Source: an uncultured Chloroflexia bacterium
GTDB lineage: Bacteria > Chloroflexota > Limnocylindria > Limnocylindrales > CSP1-4
Length of the DNA: 64,000 nucleotides
Direction: 5' to 3'
Assembly: GCA_963713975.1 (NCBI GenBank)
Contig: OY970218.1
Span: forward strand, 2,272,001-2,336,000
The translations under genes and the position numbers were made by a program. Positions 1-9,071 of this stretch are shown piece after piece (position 1 is the first letter of the stretch; each line of letters starts with the position of its first letter). The notes beneath the pieces were generated by a model. It was not told where the DNA came from. It saw only the letters and a program-made list of their open reading frames with translations, and did no database searches.

Positions 1-296
1 TGGCATGCGAGACCGCCGTCGTCGCGTCGGCGGTGGGCGGGATCCCCGAGGTGGTGGTCCCCGAGGAGACGGGCCTCCTGGTCGATCCGCGGATCCTCCC
101 GGGCACGTTCGACCCGACCGATCCGGCGGCGTTCTCGGCCGATCTCGCCACGGCGATCAACCGCGTGGGGCTGGACGAGGCGCTGCGGGAGCGGATGGGC
201 CTCGCCGGCCGACGCCGCGCCGAGGCGCACTTCAGCTGGGCGGCGATCGCACGCCAGACGCTGGAGCTGTACGGCTCGCTGCTGGGCCGTCCGTAG
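1..296 (+). CDS. GT4 glycosyltransferase (GlgA/GlgM-like), C-terminal part; 5'-truncated by the window
   Basis: Frame from position 3 reads ACETAVVASAVGGIPEVV...GLLV...FSWAAIARQT, a typical GT4 C-terminus. Confidence 0.8.
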   Translation, partial: ACETAVVASAVGGIPEVVVPEETGLLVDPRILPGTFDPTDPAAFSADLATAINRVGLDEALRERMGLAGRRRAEAHFSWAAIARQTLELYGSLLGRP

Positions 297-334
297 CACG
301 CCGGACCTAGGCCCGGCCGAGGCCCGCGGATCCG

Positions 335-1069
335 TCAGTCCGCCTCGCCGATCTCGTAGACCTGGAGCCGGCGGATGGCGACCGCCAGGGCGACGGCGAG
401 GACGGCGATCGACAGGACGACCGCCGTGGCGCCGCCGATGAGCTCGCCCGAGGCAGCCCCGGCGCCGCCGGCGATGGCGTCGGCGATGGACATGGCGTAC
501 TCGTGGATGCTGAACATCCGCGTCCCCTCGAACAGGCCGGCCAGCACGCCCTCCCACACGAGGACGTAGATCAGCCCGATCGCGAGTGCCCGGGACGTGA
601 CCAGACTGAGGGCGAGGAACACCGTCGCGTACAGGGCCGCCGCGACCGCAGCGCCGACCCCGAACCCTGCCGCCGTCGCGAGGCCGGAATCGCCGCTCGA
701 CAGGATGGCCGCGGCAATGAAGGCGGCCGGCGCCGTGACCGCCACCGCCAGCCCCGCCGCGACCGCCGTCTTGGCGACGACGATCCGCCAGCGCTCGATC
801 GGCTTGGCGATCAGGTAGATGGCTGTGCCGTCGTCGATCTCGGACCCAAGGGCGGCGGTGCCGAACACGAGGGCGACCAGCGGCACGAGGGTCGAGATGG
901 CCAGCCCGTCCATGAGCGTGTCGGTGACCGGCTCGAGGTTGGACACCCGCCCGGACACCCTGACGAGCAGCGCGATCAGGATCGGAAGCGCCGCGAGCAA
1001 CGCGACCAGCAGGCTCCGCCGGCGACCGGCCAAGGCACGCACGGTGAGCGCCGCGATGACTCGGATCAC
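335..1069 (-). CDS. ABC-2 type transporter permease
   Basis: Hydrophobic 244 aa with EIDDGTAIYLIAKPIERWRIVVAK motif; coupled to the upstream ATPase. Confidence 0.85.
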   Translation of the reverse strand: MIRVIAALTVRALAGRRRSLLVALLAALPILIALLVRVSGRVSNLEPVTDTLMDGLAISTLVPLVALVFGTAALGSEIDDGTAIYLIAKPIERWRIVVAKTAVAAGLAVAVTAPAAFIAAAILSSGDSGLATAAGFGVGAAVAAALYATVFLALSLVTSRALAIGLIYVLVWEGVLAGLFEGTRMFSIHEYAMSIADAIAGGAGAASGELIGGATAVVLSIAVLAVALAVAIRRLQVYEIGEAD

Positions 1070-2049
1070 CGGCGCACCAGGTAGCCGAAGACGCTCTCGA
1101 GGTCCTCGTCGGTCGGACGGACCTCGAACAGGGTGAGACCGGCGTCGCGGGCGACAACGGCCAGCGAGCGCGCAAACCCCAGGAAGTCCGACGTGCGGAC
1201 CGACAGCCGGCCCGCGCTCAGCTCGACGCCGTACACCGCCGGGATCGCGACCAGCACCGCCGCCAGACGGCGATCGTCCGAGGACTGGATCGTGAAGGTG
1301 TGCGGCCGGTCGGTCATAAGTCGCCGGATCTCCCGGAAGTCGCCTGACGCGGCGAGACGCCCGGCGACGATGACCAGCACGTCCTGGGCCAGCCGCTCCA
1401 CCTCCTCCAGGATGTGGGAGCTGAACAGGATCGTGCGGCCCTCGCCGGCCATCCGGCTGAGGAGATCCATCATGTGCAGTCGCTGGCGAGGGTCCATGCC
1501 GTTGAACGGCTCATCGAGGAGGAGGATCGAGGGCTCGTGGACCAGCGCCCCGGCGATCTTGATGCGCTGGCGCATGCCCTTGGAATAGGTCCCGATCGCC
1601 CGGTCGGCGGCGTCGCCCATGTCGACCGTCGCGATCGCCCGGTCGGCGGCAGCACCAGGGTCGGGGAGTCCCTGGAGCCGTGCGTTGAGCAGGGCGAAGT
1701 CGCGCCCGGTGAGGAACGGATAGACGGCCTCGCGCTCAGGGACGAGCCCGATCCGCCGGTAGATCGCGGGATCGCGCCAGGCCGGTTGGCCGGCGATGAC
1801 GACCCGTCCCGCCGATGGCTTGAGCAGCCCCGACATCAGGTGGAGGAGCGTGGACTTCCCGGCGCCGTTGGGTCCCAGCAGGCCGGTGATCCCGGGCTTG
1901 AGGGTGAACGAGATGTCGTTGACCGCCACGACGTTGCCATACCAGCGCGACACGTCCTGGAGCTCCACGGCGGCGTCGGGGTCGAGGGCGCGCGGGGGGC
2001 TCCCCCCGGGCGTTCCCCAACCCGCCAGCCGCGGATCGCCGGCCGTCAC
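1066..2049 (-). CDS. ABC transporter ATP-binding protein
   Basis: Walker A GPNGAGKST, signature YSKGMRQR, Walker B LLLDEP; GTG start overlaps the upstream stop (GTGA). Confidence 0.92.
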   Translation of the reverse strand: MTAGDPRLAGWGTPGGSPPRALDPDAAVELQDVSRWYGNVVAVNDISFTLKPGITGLLGPNGAGKSTLLHLMSGLLKPSAGRVVIAGQPAWRDPAIYRRIGLVPEREAVYPFLTGRDFALLNARLQGLPDPGAAADRAIATVDMGDAADRAIGTYSKGMRQRIKIAGALVHEPSILLLDEPFNGMDPRQRLHMMDLLSRMAGEGRTILFSSHILEEVERLAQDVLVIVAGRLAASGDFREIRRLMTDRPHTFTIQSSDDRRLAAVLVAIPAVYGVELSAGRLSVRTSDFLGFARSLAVVARDAGLTLFEVRPTDEDLESVFGYLVRR

Positions 2050-2930
2050 GCCTCGATCCTCCGATAGCGCCAGACCAGCCCGACCGTGGACAGGATGGCG
2101 ACGGCCACCGCACCGAGCGCCAGGGCCCAGGCCGGGACATCGGATCCGAGAGCGGCCTCGACGCTCGGCCGGATGCCGAAGAACCACGCGTTGACCCCGT
2201 CGAGCAGCGAGCCGATGTCGGCCAGGATGATCCAGTCCGACAACCCGCCGGAATCCAGGGCGATCACGATCGCCGCGACGATCCCGGGGATGATGAACAC
2301 GCCGAAGATCGCCGCCGTCGCATAGGCCCGGCGCGGCGTGAATGACGCGACCAGCAGGGCCACCGCCGCCAGCGTGAACGCGATCACGACCGATGAGCCG
2401 ACCGCCGCCGGCAGGACGGCCGCCTCCTCTCCGAGCGCCTTGGCGATGTCGGGGTCGATCAGGATCGTCCCGGCCCCGAGCAGGACGTGGGGCACGATCA
2501 GGATCGTCAGGACCCCGATGGTCATGGCGGCGAGCTTGGCGAGGGCATAGTCGGTCCGCCGCAGGGCGCGCGAGAAGTACAGGGTGAGGACCCGGTACCG
2601 CTGGTCGCGGCCGAGCAGCTCGGGCGCCTGCGCCGCGACGAACAGCAGCGGGAACACCGAGATGGCCGCGTACAGCCCGTCATGGCCGGGAATGCCCGGG
2701 ACCTCGCCGACATCGATCTGGGCCCCGATGGCACGGATGGCGACGAGGATGAGGGCGGTCAGCGCAGGGAAGCCGACGCAGACGACGGGCAGGATCTTCG
2801 CCCGTCCGCTACGGCCGAGGCCGAAAACGCTCCGGGTCGCGTGACGGACGAGGGTCGAGACGGCGTGACGGCGGCCGAGCCGCGGTCCGTCGTAGCCGCG
2901 GTAGCCGATGTCGTAGATGCTGCCGCTCAT
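2046..2930 (-). CDS. ABC transporter permease
   Basis: Multi-TM protein with RDQRYRVLTLYFSRAL motif, lying between two ABC ATPases. Confidence 0.85.
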   Translation of the reverse strand: MSGSIYDIGYRGYDGPRLGRRHAVSTLVRHATRSVFGLGRSGRAKILPVVCVGFPALTALILVAIRAIGAQIDVGEVPGIPGHDGLYAAISVFPLLFVAAQAPELLGRDQRYRVLTLYFSRALRRTDYALAKLAAMTIGVLTILIVPHVLLGAGTILIDPDIAKALGEEAAVLPAAVGSSVVIAFTLAAVALLVASFTPRRAYATAAIFGVFIIPGIVAAIVIALDSGGLSDWIILADIGSLLDGVNAWFFGIRPSVEAALGSDVPAWALALGAVAVAILSTVGLVWRYRRIEA

Positions 2931-4042
2931 GACCCCGCTCCCGGGGGAGGGGGCGGCGGGGGCGGCGCCAGCGGCTGGTCCTGCGGAGGCGTCGTCGAGG
3001 GGCCCAGTGCGGGCGCCACCGGATGCGCGATCGGGGCCGCGACGGATGGCGCGATCGGGGCCGTTCGGCCTCGGCCGGCCGTGCCTTCGTCGCCCCGGTC
3101 CTGGTCGCGGAACAGGTCCTCCAGGCTGTGCCGGCTGCGCGTGATCCGGACGAGCGGGAGTCCCAGGTCTGCCACGACATCGCGGATGGCGTCGTACGGG
3201 GCGGTGTCGTCGAGCACGATTCGGACCTCGCGGCCATCTCCGGCACCCGCCGGGGCGAGCACCCGCACGCCGCGTTCCACCAATCGGTCGGCCAGGGCGT
3301 CGCGCCCTTCCTCGACCTCCACGCTCAGGACGCCGGTCTCGGTCGTGAACTCGGACAGCGGCGCAGCGCGGAGGAGGCGCCCGGCGTCGATGGCCACGAG
3401 ATAGTCGCAGACCTCCTCGATCTCGCCGAGCAGGTGGCTGGCCAGGATGATCGCGATCCCGAACTCGTGGCCAGTGCGACTGATGAGCTCGAGCATCTCG
3501 TCGCGACCCGCGGGGTCCAGGCCGTTGGTGGGCTCGTCGAGCAGGAGCAGCCGCGGGTCGTGGACGAGCGCCTGGGCAAGCTGGACGCGCTGGCGCATGC
3601 CGGTCGAGTAGCCACCGATCGGCCGGTAGCGCTCCTCGTACAGGCCCACGTGCCGCAGGACGTCGGAGGTCCGCTCACGGGCGGCCGCCCGGGGCAGGCC
3701 GGACAGCTGGCCCAGGTGGGCGACGAGCTCGGTCGCGCTGATGTCCGGCGGAAGGGCGTTGTGCTCCGGCATGTAACCGACCCAGCGGCGGAGCTCGGTC
3801 CCGCGGGTCGTGGGGTCCATGCCCAGGACGGCGACCTCGCCGCTCGTGGGCGGCAGGAGGCCGAGCAGGATCTTGATCAGGGTCGACTTGCCGGCGCCGT
3901 TCGCGCCGACCAGGCCCACGATCCCCGGCGCGAGCTCCAGCGTGAGGGCGTCGAGCGCGGTGACGCTGGTGAAGCGCTTCGTGAGCGTATCGGTGCGGAC
4001 GATCGGAGCACCGTCGTCTGGAGCGATCCGTTGGGCCGTCAC
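2927..4042 (-). CDS. ABC transporter ATP-binding protein with Pro-rich tail
   Basis: GANGAGKST, YSTGMRQR, LLLDEP; TACCAT -10 lies 6 nt before the GTG (leaderless). Confidence 0.92.
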   Translation of the reverse strand: MTAQRIAPDDGAPIVRTDTLTKRFTSVTALDALTLELAPGIVGLVGANGAGKSTLIKILLGLLPPTSGEVAVLGMDPTTRGTELRRWVGYMPEHNALPPDISATELVAHLGQLSGLPRAAARERTSDVLRHVGLYEERYRPIGGYSTGMRQRVQLAQALVHDPRLLLLDEPTNGLDPAGRDEMLELISRTGHEFGIAIILASHLLGEIEEVCDYLVAIDAGRLLRAAPLSEFTTETGVLSVEVEEGRDALADRLVERGVRVLAPAGAGDGREVRIVLDDTAPYDAIRDVVADLGLPLVRITRSRHSLEDLFRDQDRGDEGTAGRGRTAPIAPSVAAPIAHPVAPALGPSTTPPQDQPLAPPPPPPPPGAGS

Positions 4043-4125
4043 GGGTTCATGGTACCCGGCGACGATGCGGTCGCCGCCGTGGCCATCGGTCGGCGGCCGT
4101 CGCCTCCAGCGCCGCGGGCAGTCAG

Positions 4126-6180
4126 CTAACTTCCGGCGGGTGGCTTGGGCTGCGTGGTGCGGCGCCGCTCACTGCGACGGCGCTCCACGCCACCCGGCGC
4201 CATGGCGACCGCGTTCGTCCGCCGGTCGACCCGCCGTCGCTCGACGCCGGCCGACAACTGGGGCACGGACGTGGGCGCCGCATCGTCCTGCGGGCCGGTC
4301 GTGGCCCCGCGGTCCGGTGCGCTCGCACCGTCAGGTGCGGCCCCGCCCTCCTCGGCGATGATCCCGATCGAGATCCGGAAGCCGGCCCGGCGCTGCTGTG
4401 GCGGCATCAGCGTCCCTTGGCCCACGGGTGCATCGCCCGGGAACCACTTGATCCACTCCTCGCTGAACGGCTCGAACTCGGCCGGGTCGCGCAGGCACCA
4501 GTTGGCCCAGACGATCCTGTCCAGCGACGACCCCTGCGCCTCAAGGCTGGCCTGCAGGTTCCGGAGGCACTGGACCGCCTGCACCCGGATCGTGTCCCCG
4601 GCCAGCCGCCCGGTTGCCGGATCCACCGGACCCACGGACGAGATGTAGATCATGCCGCCGGCTCTGGCCGCCTTGCCCAGGCCGATCGTGAGGCGTGGCG
4701 CGTTCCTGGGGTCGCCCTGCTCGATGCCGATCGAGCGACCCTTGCCGATCCGGGTCTTGACGGGGTGCTCGGGATCCTCGGGCGGGATGCCGAACTCGCC
4801 GGGAGGCAGCTCAATGCCGTTGGCGGCGAACTTGGGCATGAACGTCGGCCGGACGCCGGTCGGCTCCAGCGTGCCCTGCACCCTGCTGTTCTCGTCGATG
4901 CCGGTCTGCTTGAACTCGAAGATGTCGTGGGTGAGGATCTGGTCGTCCTCGATCCCGTAGACCTCGGTGATGTTCATGATCTTGCGCGAGCCGTCCCCCA
5001 GGCGCGCGGTGTGGACGATGATGTCCACGGCGGAGGCGATCTGCTCGCGGATGGACCGCAGCGGCATCTCGTAGCCGGCCATCAGGATCATCGTCTCCAG
5101 GCGCCGGAGCATGTCCGGCGAGCTGTTCGCGTGGCCCGTTGACAGCGAGCCCTCCTGGCCGACCGTCATCGCCTGGATCATGTCCAGCGCCTCGCCACCT
5201 CGGCACTCGCCGACGATGATCCGGTCGGGGCGCATGTGGAGGGCGTTGCGCAGGAGGTCCCGGGTCGTGATCTCGCCGGAGCCCTCCAGGTTGGCCGGGC
5301 GCGCCTCCAGCGTGATGACGTGCTCCTGGCGCAGCTGCAGCTCGGCCGCGTCCTCGATCGTGATGATCCGCTCCTCCTCGGGAACGAACGCGGAGATCAC
5401 GTTGAGGGTGGTCGTCTTGCCCGAGCCGGTGCCCCCGGAGACGAAGAGGTTGAGGCGGGCCTCGACGCACGCGCGCAGGAAATCGAACATCTCCGCTGTG
5501 GCCGTACCGAACTGGACGAGGTCATCGACCGTGTACGGCCGGGCGGAGAACTTCCGGATCGTGATGACGGGCCCGATCAGGGACAGTGGCTCGATGATGC
5601 AGTTGACTCGCGAGCCGTCCGGGAGGCGGGCGTCGACCCGCGGGCTGGTCTGGTCGATGCGGCGGCCGAGCGGCGTGATGATCCGGTCGATGATCCGCAG
5701 GACGTGGTCGTCATTCAGGAAGCCGACGGCCACCCGTACGATCTTGCCCTTCCGCTCGATGTAGATGTGGTCCGGGCCGTTGACCATCACCTCCGTGATC
5801 GTGTCGTCGGCGAGCAGCGGCTCCAGAGGTCCGAGGCCCGTTACCTCGGCCATGACCTCCTCGACCAGGCGCATGCGCTCGTCCCGGGTGAGGGCGAGCC
5901 CGTTGGTCGTGACAAACCGGTCGACGATCCCCTCGACCTTGGCCCGCAGCTCCGTTCCGGCGGCGGCATCGAACAGGGCGTGCGACGAACCGACGACCTC
6001 GCCCTGGAGCCGGCGCCTGACCTCGCGCAGCCATGCTTCGCGGGCCGCGAGCTGGCCGGTCTGGACCGGTGGGGCGATGGGCACCACGGCGGTGGGCGGC
6101 GGGACGTCCCAGGCGCCCTCAGGCTCCTCCTCCGCCGGGATTCCCTGCTGGACGCGCCCGATGCGCTCGGTGAGCGACAT
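4126..6180 (-). CDS. CpaF/TadA-family secretion ATPase with C-terminal RidA/YjgF-like domain
   Basis: GLGPLEPLLAD, VDARLPDGSRVN, GGTGSGKTT, IEDAAEL, RPDRIIVGECRG; then GGMIYISSVGPVDP...QCLRNL RidA-like domain. Confidence 0.88.
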   Translation of the reverse strand: MSLTERIGRVQQGIPAEEEPEGAWDVPPPTAVVPIAPPVQTGQLAAREAWLREVRRRLQGEVVGSSHALFDAAAGTELRAKVEGIVDRFVTTNGLALTRDERMRLVEEVMAEVTGLGPLEPLLADDTITEVMVNGPDHIYIERKGKIVRVAVGFLNDDHVLRIIDRIITPLGRRIDQTSPRVDARLPDGSRVNCIIEPLSLIGPVITIRKFSARPYTVDDLVQFGTATAEMFDFLRACVEARLNLFVSGGTGSGKTTTLNVISAFVPEEERIITIEDAAELQLRQEHVITLEARPANLEGSGEITTRDLLRNALHMRPDRIIVGECRGGEALDMIQAMTVGQEGSLSTGHANSSPDMLRRLETMILMAGYEMPLRSIREQIASAVDIIVHTARLGDGSRKIMNITEVYGIEDDQILTHDIFEFKQTGIDENSRVQGTLEPTGVRPTFMPKFAANGIELPPGEFGIPPEDPEHPVKTRIGKGRSIGIEQGDPRNAPRLTIGLGKAARAGGMIYISSVGPVDPATGRLAGDTIRVQAVQCLRNLQASLEAQGSSLDRIVWANWCLRDPAEFEPFSEEWIKWFPGDAPVGQGTLMPPQQRRAGFRISIGIIAEEGGAAPDGASAPDRGATTGPQDDAAPTSVPQLSAGVERRRVDRRTNAVAMAPGGVERRRSERRRTTQPKPPAGS

Positions 6181-6310
6181 TTCCTGACTTGACTCCCCGT
6201 GCGGGCACAAACGGTCGCCCGATCACCGGATGGTATGCGCCTGCGATGGCGCACGGAACCCCCCACTCGGCCTACGGGGTCCCAGCGGCCCCACGGGTGC
6301 TCGAACTTCG

Positions 6311-6339
6311 TTGACGACGCAAGCAGCGCCCATTACCCT
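6311..6339 (+). promoter_or_regulatory. sigma70-type promoter TTGACG-N17-TACCCT
   Basis: -35 at 6311-6316 and -10 at 6334-6339; the predicted TSS coincides with ATG 6346. Confidence 0.6.
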
Positions 6340-6345
6340 TCGCCC

Positions 6346-6456
6346 ATGGTAGCGGCCGCCCTCACGGGCTGTATGGGTCAGTGGTGCGCCTGTCGACGGC
6401 GAGCGTCGGTGGGTGTCAAGCCCGTGGCCGCCCATTGGGGTTGCCGCGCCGGCTGA
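6346..6456 (+). CDS. Putative leaderless Cys-rich leader peptide (36 aa)
   Basis: MVAAALTGCMGQWCACRRRASVGVKPVAAHWGCRAG; starts at the predicted TSS upstream of DUF4395. Confidence 0.45.
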   Translation: MVAAALTGCMGQWCACRRRASVGVKPVAAHWGCRAG

Positions 6457-6531
6457 CCTTCCCGGGCCTCGCCACTCCCCGTGGTCCCACGCGCGATCGC
6501 GCGTCCGTCCCGCCCCACCCGGAGCCCCAAC

Positions 6532-7035
6532 ATGTCCCTGACCCCTGCCCCCGTTCGCCTGATCGATCCGCGCGGCCAGCGCTTTGGCGCCGGCGTGTCG
6601 GCCGCCCTCCTGTCAGTCGCCTTCCTCCAGGGCCATCCGTGGCTCGTCGCGCTGGTTGGCCTCAACCTGCTCGTCTCGGCGCTCCTCGGCACCCGCCTGT
6701 TCCTGCCGAGCCGCGCTTGGCCACTCGTCCGCTCCGCGTTCCGCCTCGGCCCCGCCGAGCCCGAGCACGAGTATCCGCCACGCTTCGCCCAGGCCCTCGG
6801 CGGCACCTTCCTCGCGCTCGCGTCGGTCGCGTTCCTGGTGGGCGTGCCGACTGCCGGCTGGCTCCTGACCGGTGCCGTTGCGGGCCTGCAGATCCTGCTG
6901 GCGGCCACCGGTATCTGCCTTGGCTGCAGGCTCTACTTCCTGCGCTGGTGGGTGCCGTCGGTCGTCGCGCGGGTATTCCGCCGGACGGACCGGCTGCGCC
7001 CGCTCGAGGTGCCTGTCCTCAACCGGCTCGACTAG
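6532..7035 (+). CDS. DUF4395 family membrane protein
   Basis: IDPRGQRF, EYPPRFAQALG and TGICLGCRLY motifs. Confidence 0.85.
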   Translation: MSLTPAPVRLIDPRGQRFGAGVSAALLSVAFLQGHPWLVALVGLNLLVSALLGTRLFLPSRAWPLVRSAFRLGPAEPEHEYPPRFAQALGGTFLALASVAFLVGVPTAGWLLTGAVAGLQILLAATGICLGCRLYFLRWWVPSVVARVFRRTDRLRPLEVPVLNRLD

Positions 7036-7067
7036 CCCCACGCCGGGGGCCGATGCCCGTTCCTGGC

Positions 7068-7895
7068 CTACGGGGCCTCGAGCCCGTGGGCCTCGAGGAG
7101 CGCGGTATCGGAGAGGATCGCGGCGGTCGATCCATCGGCGACCACCCGCCCGTCGTCCATCACGATGACCCTGGGGAAGACCTCGGCGACCAGCCGCATG
7201 TCGTGCGTGGACACCAGCATCGTCTGGTCCAGGGAGCGCAGCAGCCCGATGAGCTCCCGGCGCCCCCGCGGGTCCAGGCCCGCAGAGGGCTCGTCGAACA
7301 CCAGGATGGACGGGTTCATGGACAGGACCGTGGCCAGGGCCACGCGCTTGCGCTGGCCCAGCGACATGCGATGCGGCACCCGGTGGGCGAATGCGGCCAT
7401 CCCCACCGCCGCCAGGGCGCGCTCGACCCGGCGATGCACCTCGTCGGCCGGGAGGCCCATGTGCAACGGGCCGAACGCCACGTCGTCGAACACGGTGGGG
7501 CTGAACAGCTGGTCGTCGGGATCCTGGAACACGAGGCCGACCTCGGAGCGGACGCGCCGGATCGTGCCCTTGGCAACGGCGAGTCCGGCGACGCGCACGG
7601 TGCCGTGGGTCGGCCGCAGCGTCCCGTTGAGCTGGAGCATCAGCGTGCTCTTGCCGGCACCGTTAGGCCCGACGAGGGCCACCTTCTCCCCGCTGCCGAT
7701 GCGCATGTCGACCCCGAGCAATGCCTCGAACCCGTCGGGGTACTGGAAGTGGACATGGTCGAGCTCGATCGTGCCCCGAGCCTGCCCGTCGTCGGGCGCC
7801 GGATCGCCCGGCGCGGACGCATCGTGAACGTGCTGGTGGACGTGCGGTGGGACTCCGTCGTGGGCGTGCTCGTGGACGTGCGGTTCGGTGCTCAC
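7068..7895 (-). CDS. cbiO: ECF Ni/Co transporter ATPase (CbiO/NikO) with His-rich N-terminus
   Basis: GPNGAGKST, FQDPDDQLFSPTVFDDVAFGP, MSLGQRKR; N-terminus HVHEHAHDGVPPHVHQHVHD. Confidence 0.9.
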   Translation of the reverse strand: MSTEPHVHEHAHDGVPPHVHQHVHDASAPGDPAPDDGQARGTIELDHVHFQYPDGFEALLGVDMRIGSGEKVALVGPNGAGKSTLMLQLNGTLRPTHGTVRVAGLAVAKGTIRRVRSEVGLVFQDPDDQLFSPTVFDDVAFGPLHMGLPADEVHRRVERALAAVGMAAFAHRVPHRMSLGQRKRVALATVLSMNPSILVFDEPSAGLDPRGRRELIGLLRSLDQTMLVSTHDMRLVAEVFPRVIVMDDGRVVADGSTAAILSDTALLEAHGLEAP

Positions 7896-8686
7896 AGGCG
7901 TGGCAGCCACATGATGGCGATGACCTCGTAGGCGGCGAGCAGGGCAAGGACGGCGACCAGCCACGCGATCTCCGACCGGTGGAGCGCGTGAGTCTTCAGG
8001 TGTCGGAACTCGCCCTCGAACCCGCGCGCCTGCATGGCGGCGTAGATGCGCTCGCTGCGCTCGTAGGCCCGCAGGAACAGGGACCCGACCATGCGCCCCG
8101 TCACCGTCGCCCGCCAGCGGATGGAGCCGCCCGATGAGCCGTCCCCTCCCGCGGACCTTGCGGCGCGGGCGCGCAGCATCCGCGACCCCTCGTCGGTGAG
8201 CACGGCGAGGTAGCGGTACATGAAGGAGATGATCGAGATCAGGATGCCCGGCAGGTGCAGCTCCCGCAGGGCGTCGATCAGGTCGTGGAACGGCGTCGTG
8301 AACGCGAGCAGCAGCGCCACCTGGACCGACAGCCAGCTCCCGATCATGATCGTCAGGAAGCGCCGCAGGCCCTCGGCCGAGACGGTCAGGTCGATCGGGC
8401 CGATGGTCATCGTTGCGATGATCTGCTCCTGGACCGTGAAGATCAGCGGGAACGCGGCCAGCGCGAACGGCAGCGCGATCACGGCCGATCGCGACAGCCG
8501 GAATGGGCCCAGGCCGGCCGTTGCCGAACAGGCGACGAGCACGAGCCACACGATCAGCAGGGCCATGAACGACCCGATCGGCAGCAGCGAGATCAGCAGG
8601 ATCGTCGCGATGGCCAGGATGAACTTGAGGCGCGCGTCCGCCCGGTGGAACGGGCTGTCGCCCTCGACGTAGCGATCGAGCTCCAG
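7892..8686 (-). CDS. cbiQ: ECF transporter T component CbiQ/NikQ (probable CTG start)
   Basis: SPFHRADARLK, FMYRY, RAYERSERIYAAMQARGF; AGGAG lies 9 nt upstream of CTG 8686. Confidence 0.88.
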   Translation of the reverse strand: MELDRYVEGDSPFHRADARLKFILAIATILLISLLPIGSFMALLIVWLVLVACSATAGLGPFRLSRSAVIALPFALAAFPLIFTVQEQIIATMTIGPIDLTVSAEGLRRFLTIMIGSWLSVQVALLLAFTTPFHDLIDALRELHLPGILISIISFMYRYLAVLTDEGSRMLRARAARSAGGDGSSGGSIRWRATVTGRMVGSLFLRAYERSERIYAAMQARGFEGEFRHLKTHALHRSEIAWLVAVLALLAAYEVIAIMWLPRL

Positions 8687-8698
8687 GGCGCGGCGCTC

Positions 8699-9061
8699 CT
8701 ACCGGCGACGGCGCGCGAGCACGCGGCCGAGCAGGAACACGATCCCCAGCACGATGGCGACCCCGAGCAGGCCGGACAGGATGGTCGACAGGCGCGGGTC
8801 ACCGATCCCCGGGATCCCGTAGTCGGAGAACAGGCCCGAGAAGAAGTTGGTCGCCCGATCGATGAAGCCCTGGTCCGTGGCGACGCGCTCCAGGCCGTCC
8901 GGGTCTGGCGATGCCAGCGGGGCCAGGATGATGACGACGAGTGCGGCGACGCCGACGCCCGCGACCCACCACCACCGGCCGAGGCGGTGTCCGGTGGGCT
9001 CTGCCGGATCCTGGGCGGGGGCGGGCGGGGGCTCCATCACGGGTTGCGGGTCTCCTGTCAT
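8699..9061 (-). CDS. PDGLE-domain protein (NikN-like)
   Basis: ASPDPDGLERVA motif flanked by two TM helices. Confidence 0.88.
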   Translation of the reverse strand: MTGDPQPVMEPPPAPAQDPAEPTGHRLGRWWWVAGVGVAALVVIILAPLASPDPDGLERVATDQGFIDRATNFFSGLFSDYGIPGIGDPRLSTILSGLLGVAIVLGIVFLLGRVLARRRR

Positions 9062-9071
9062 GTCGATGGGA

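Noticed and set aside
6440-6480. SAM-riboswitch-like CGGCAACC and SRP-like GGCCCGGGAAGG on the minus strand
   Set aside because: Other conserved elements of those RNAs are missing; the plus-strand uORF explains the region better
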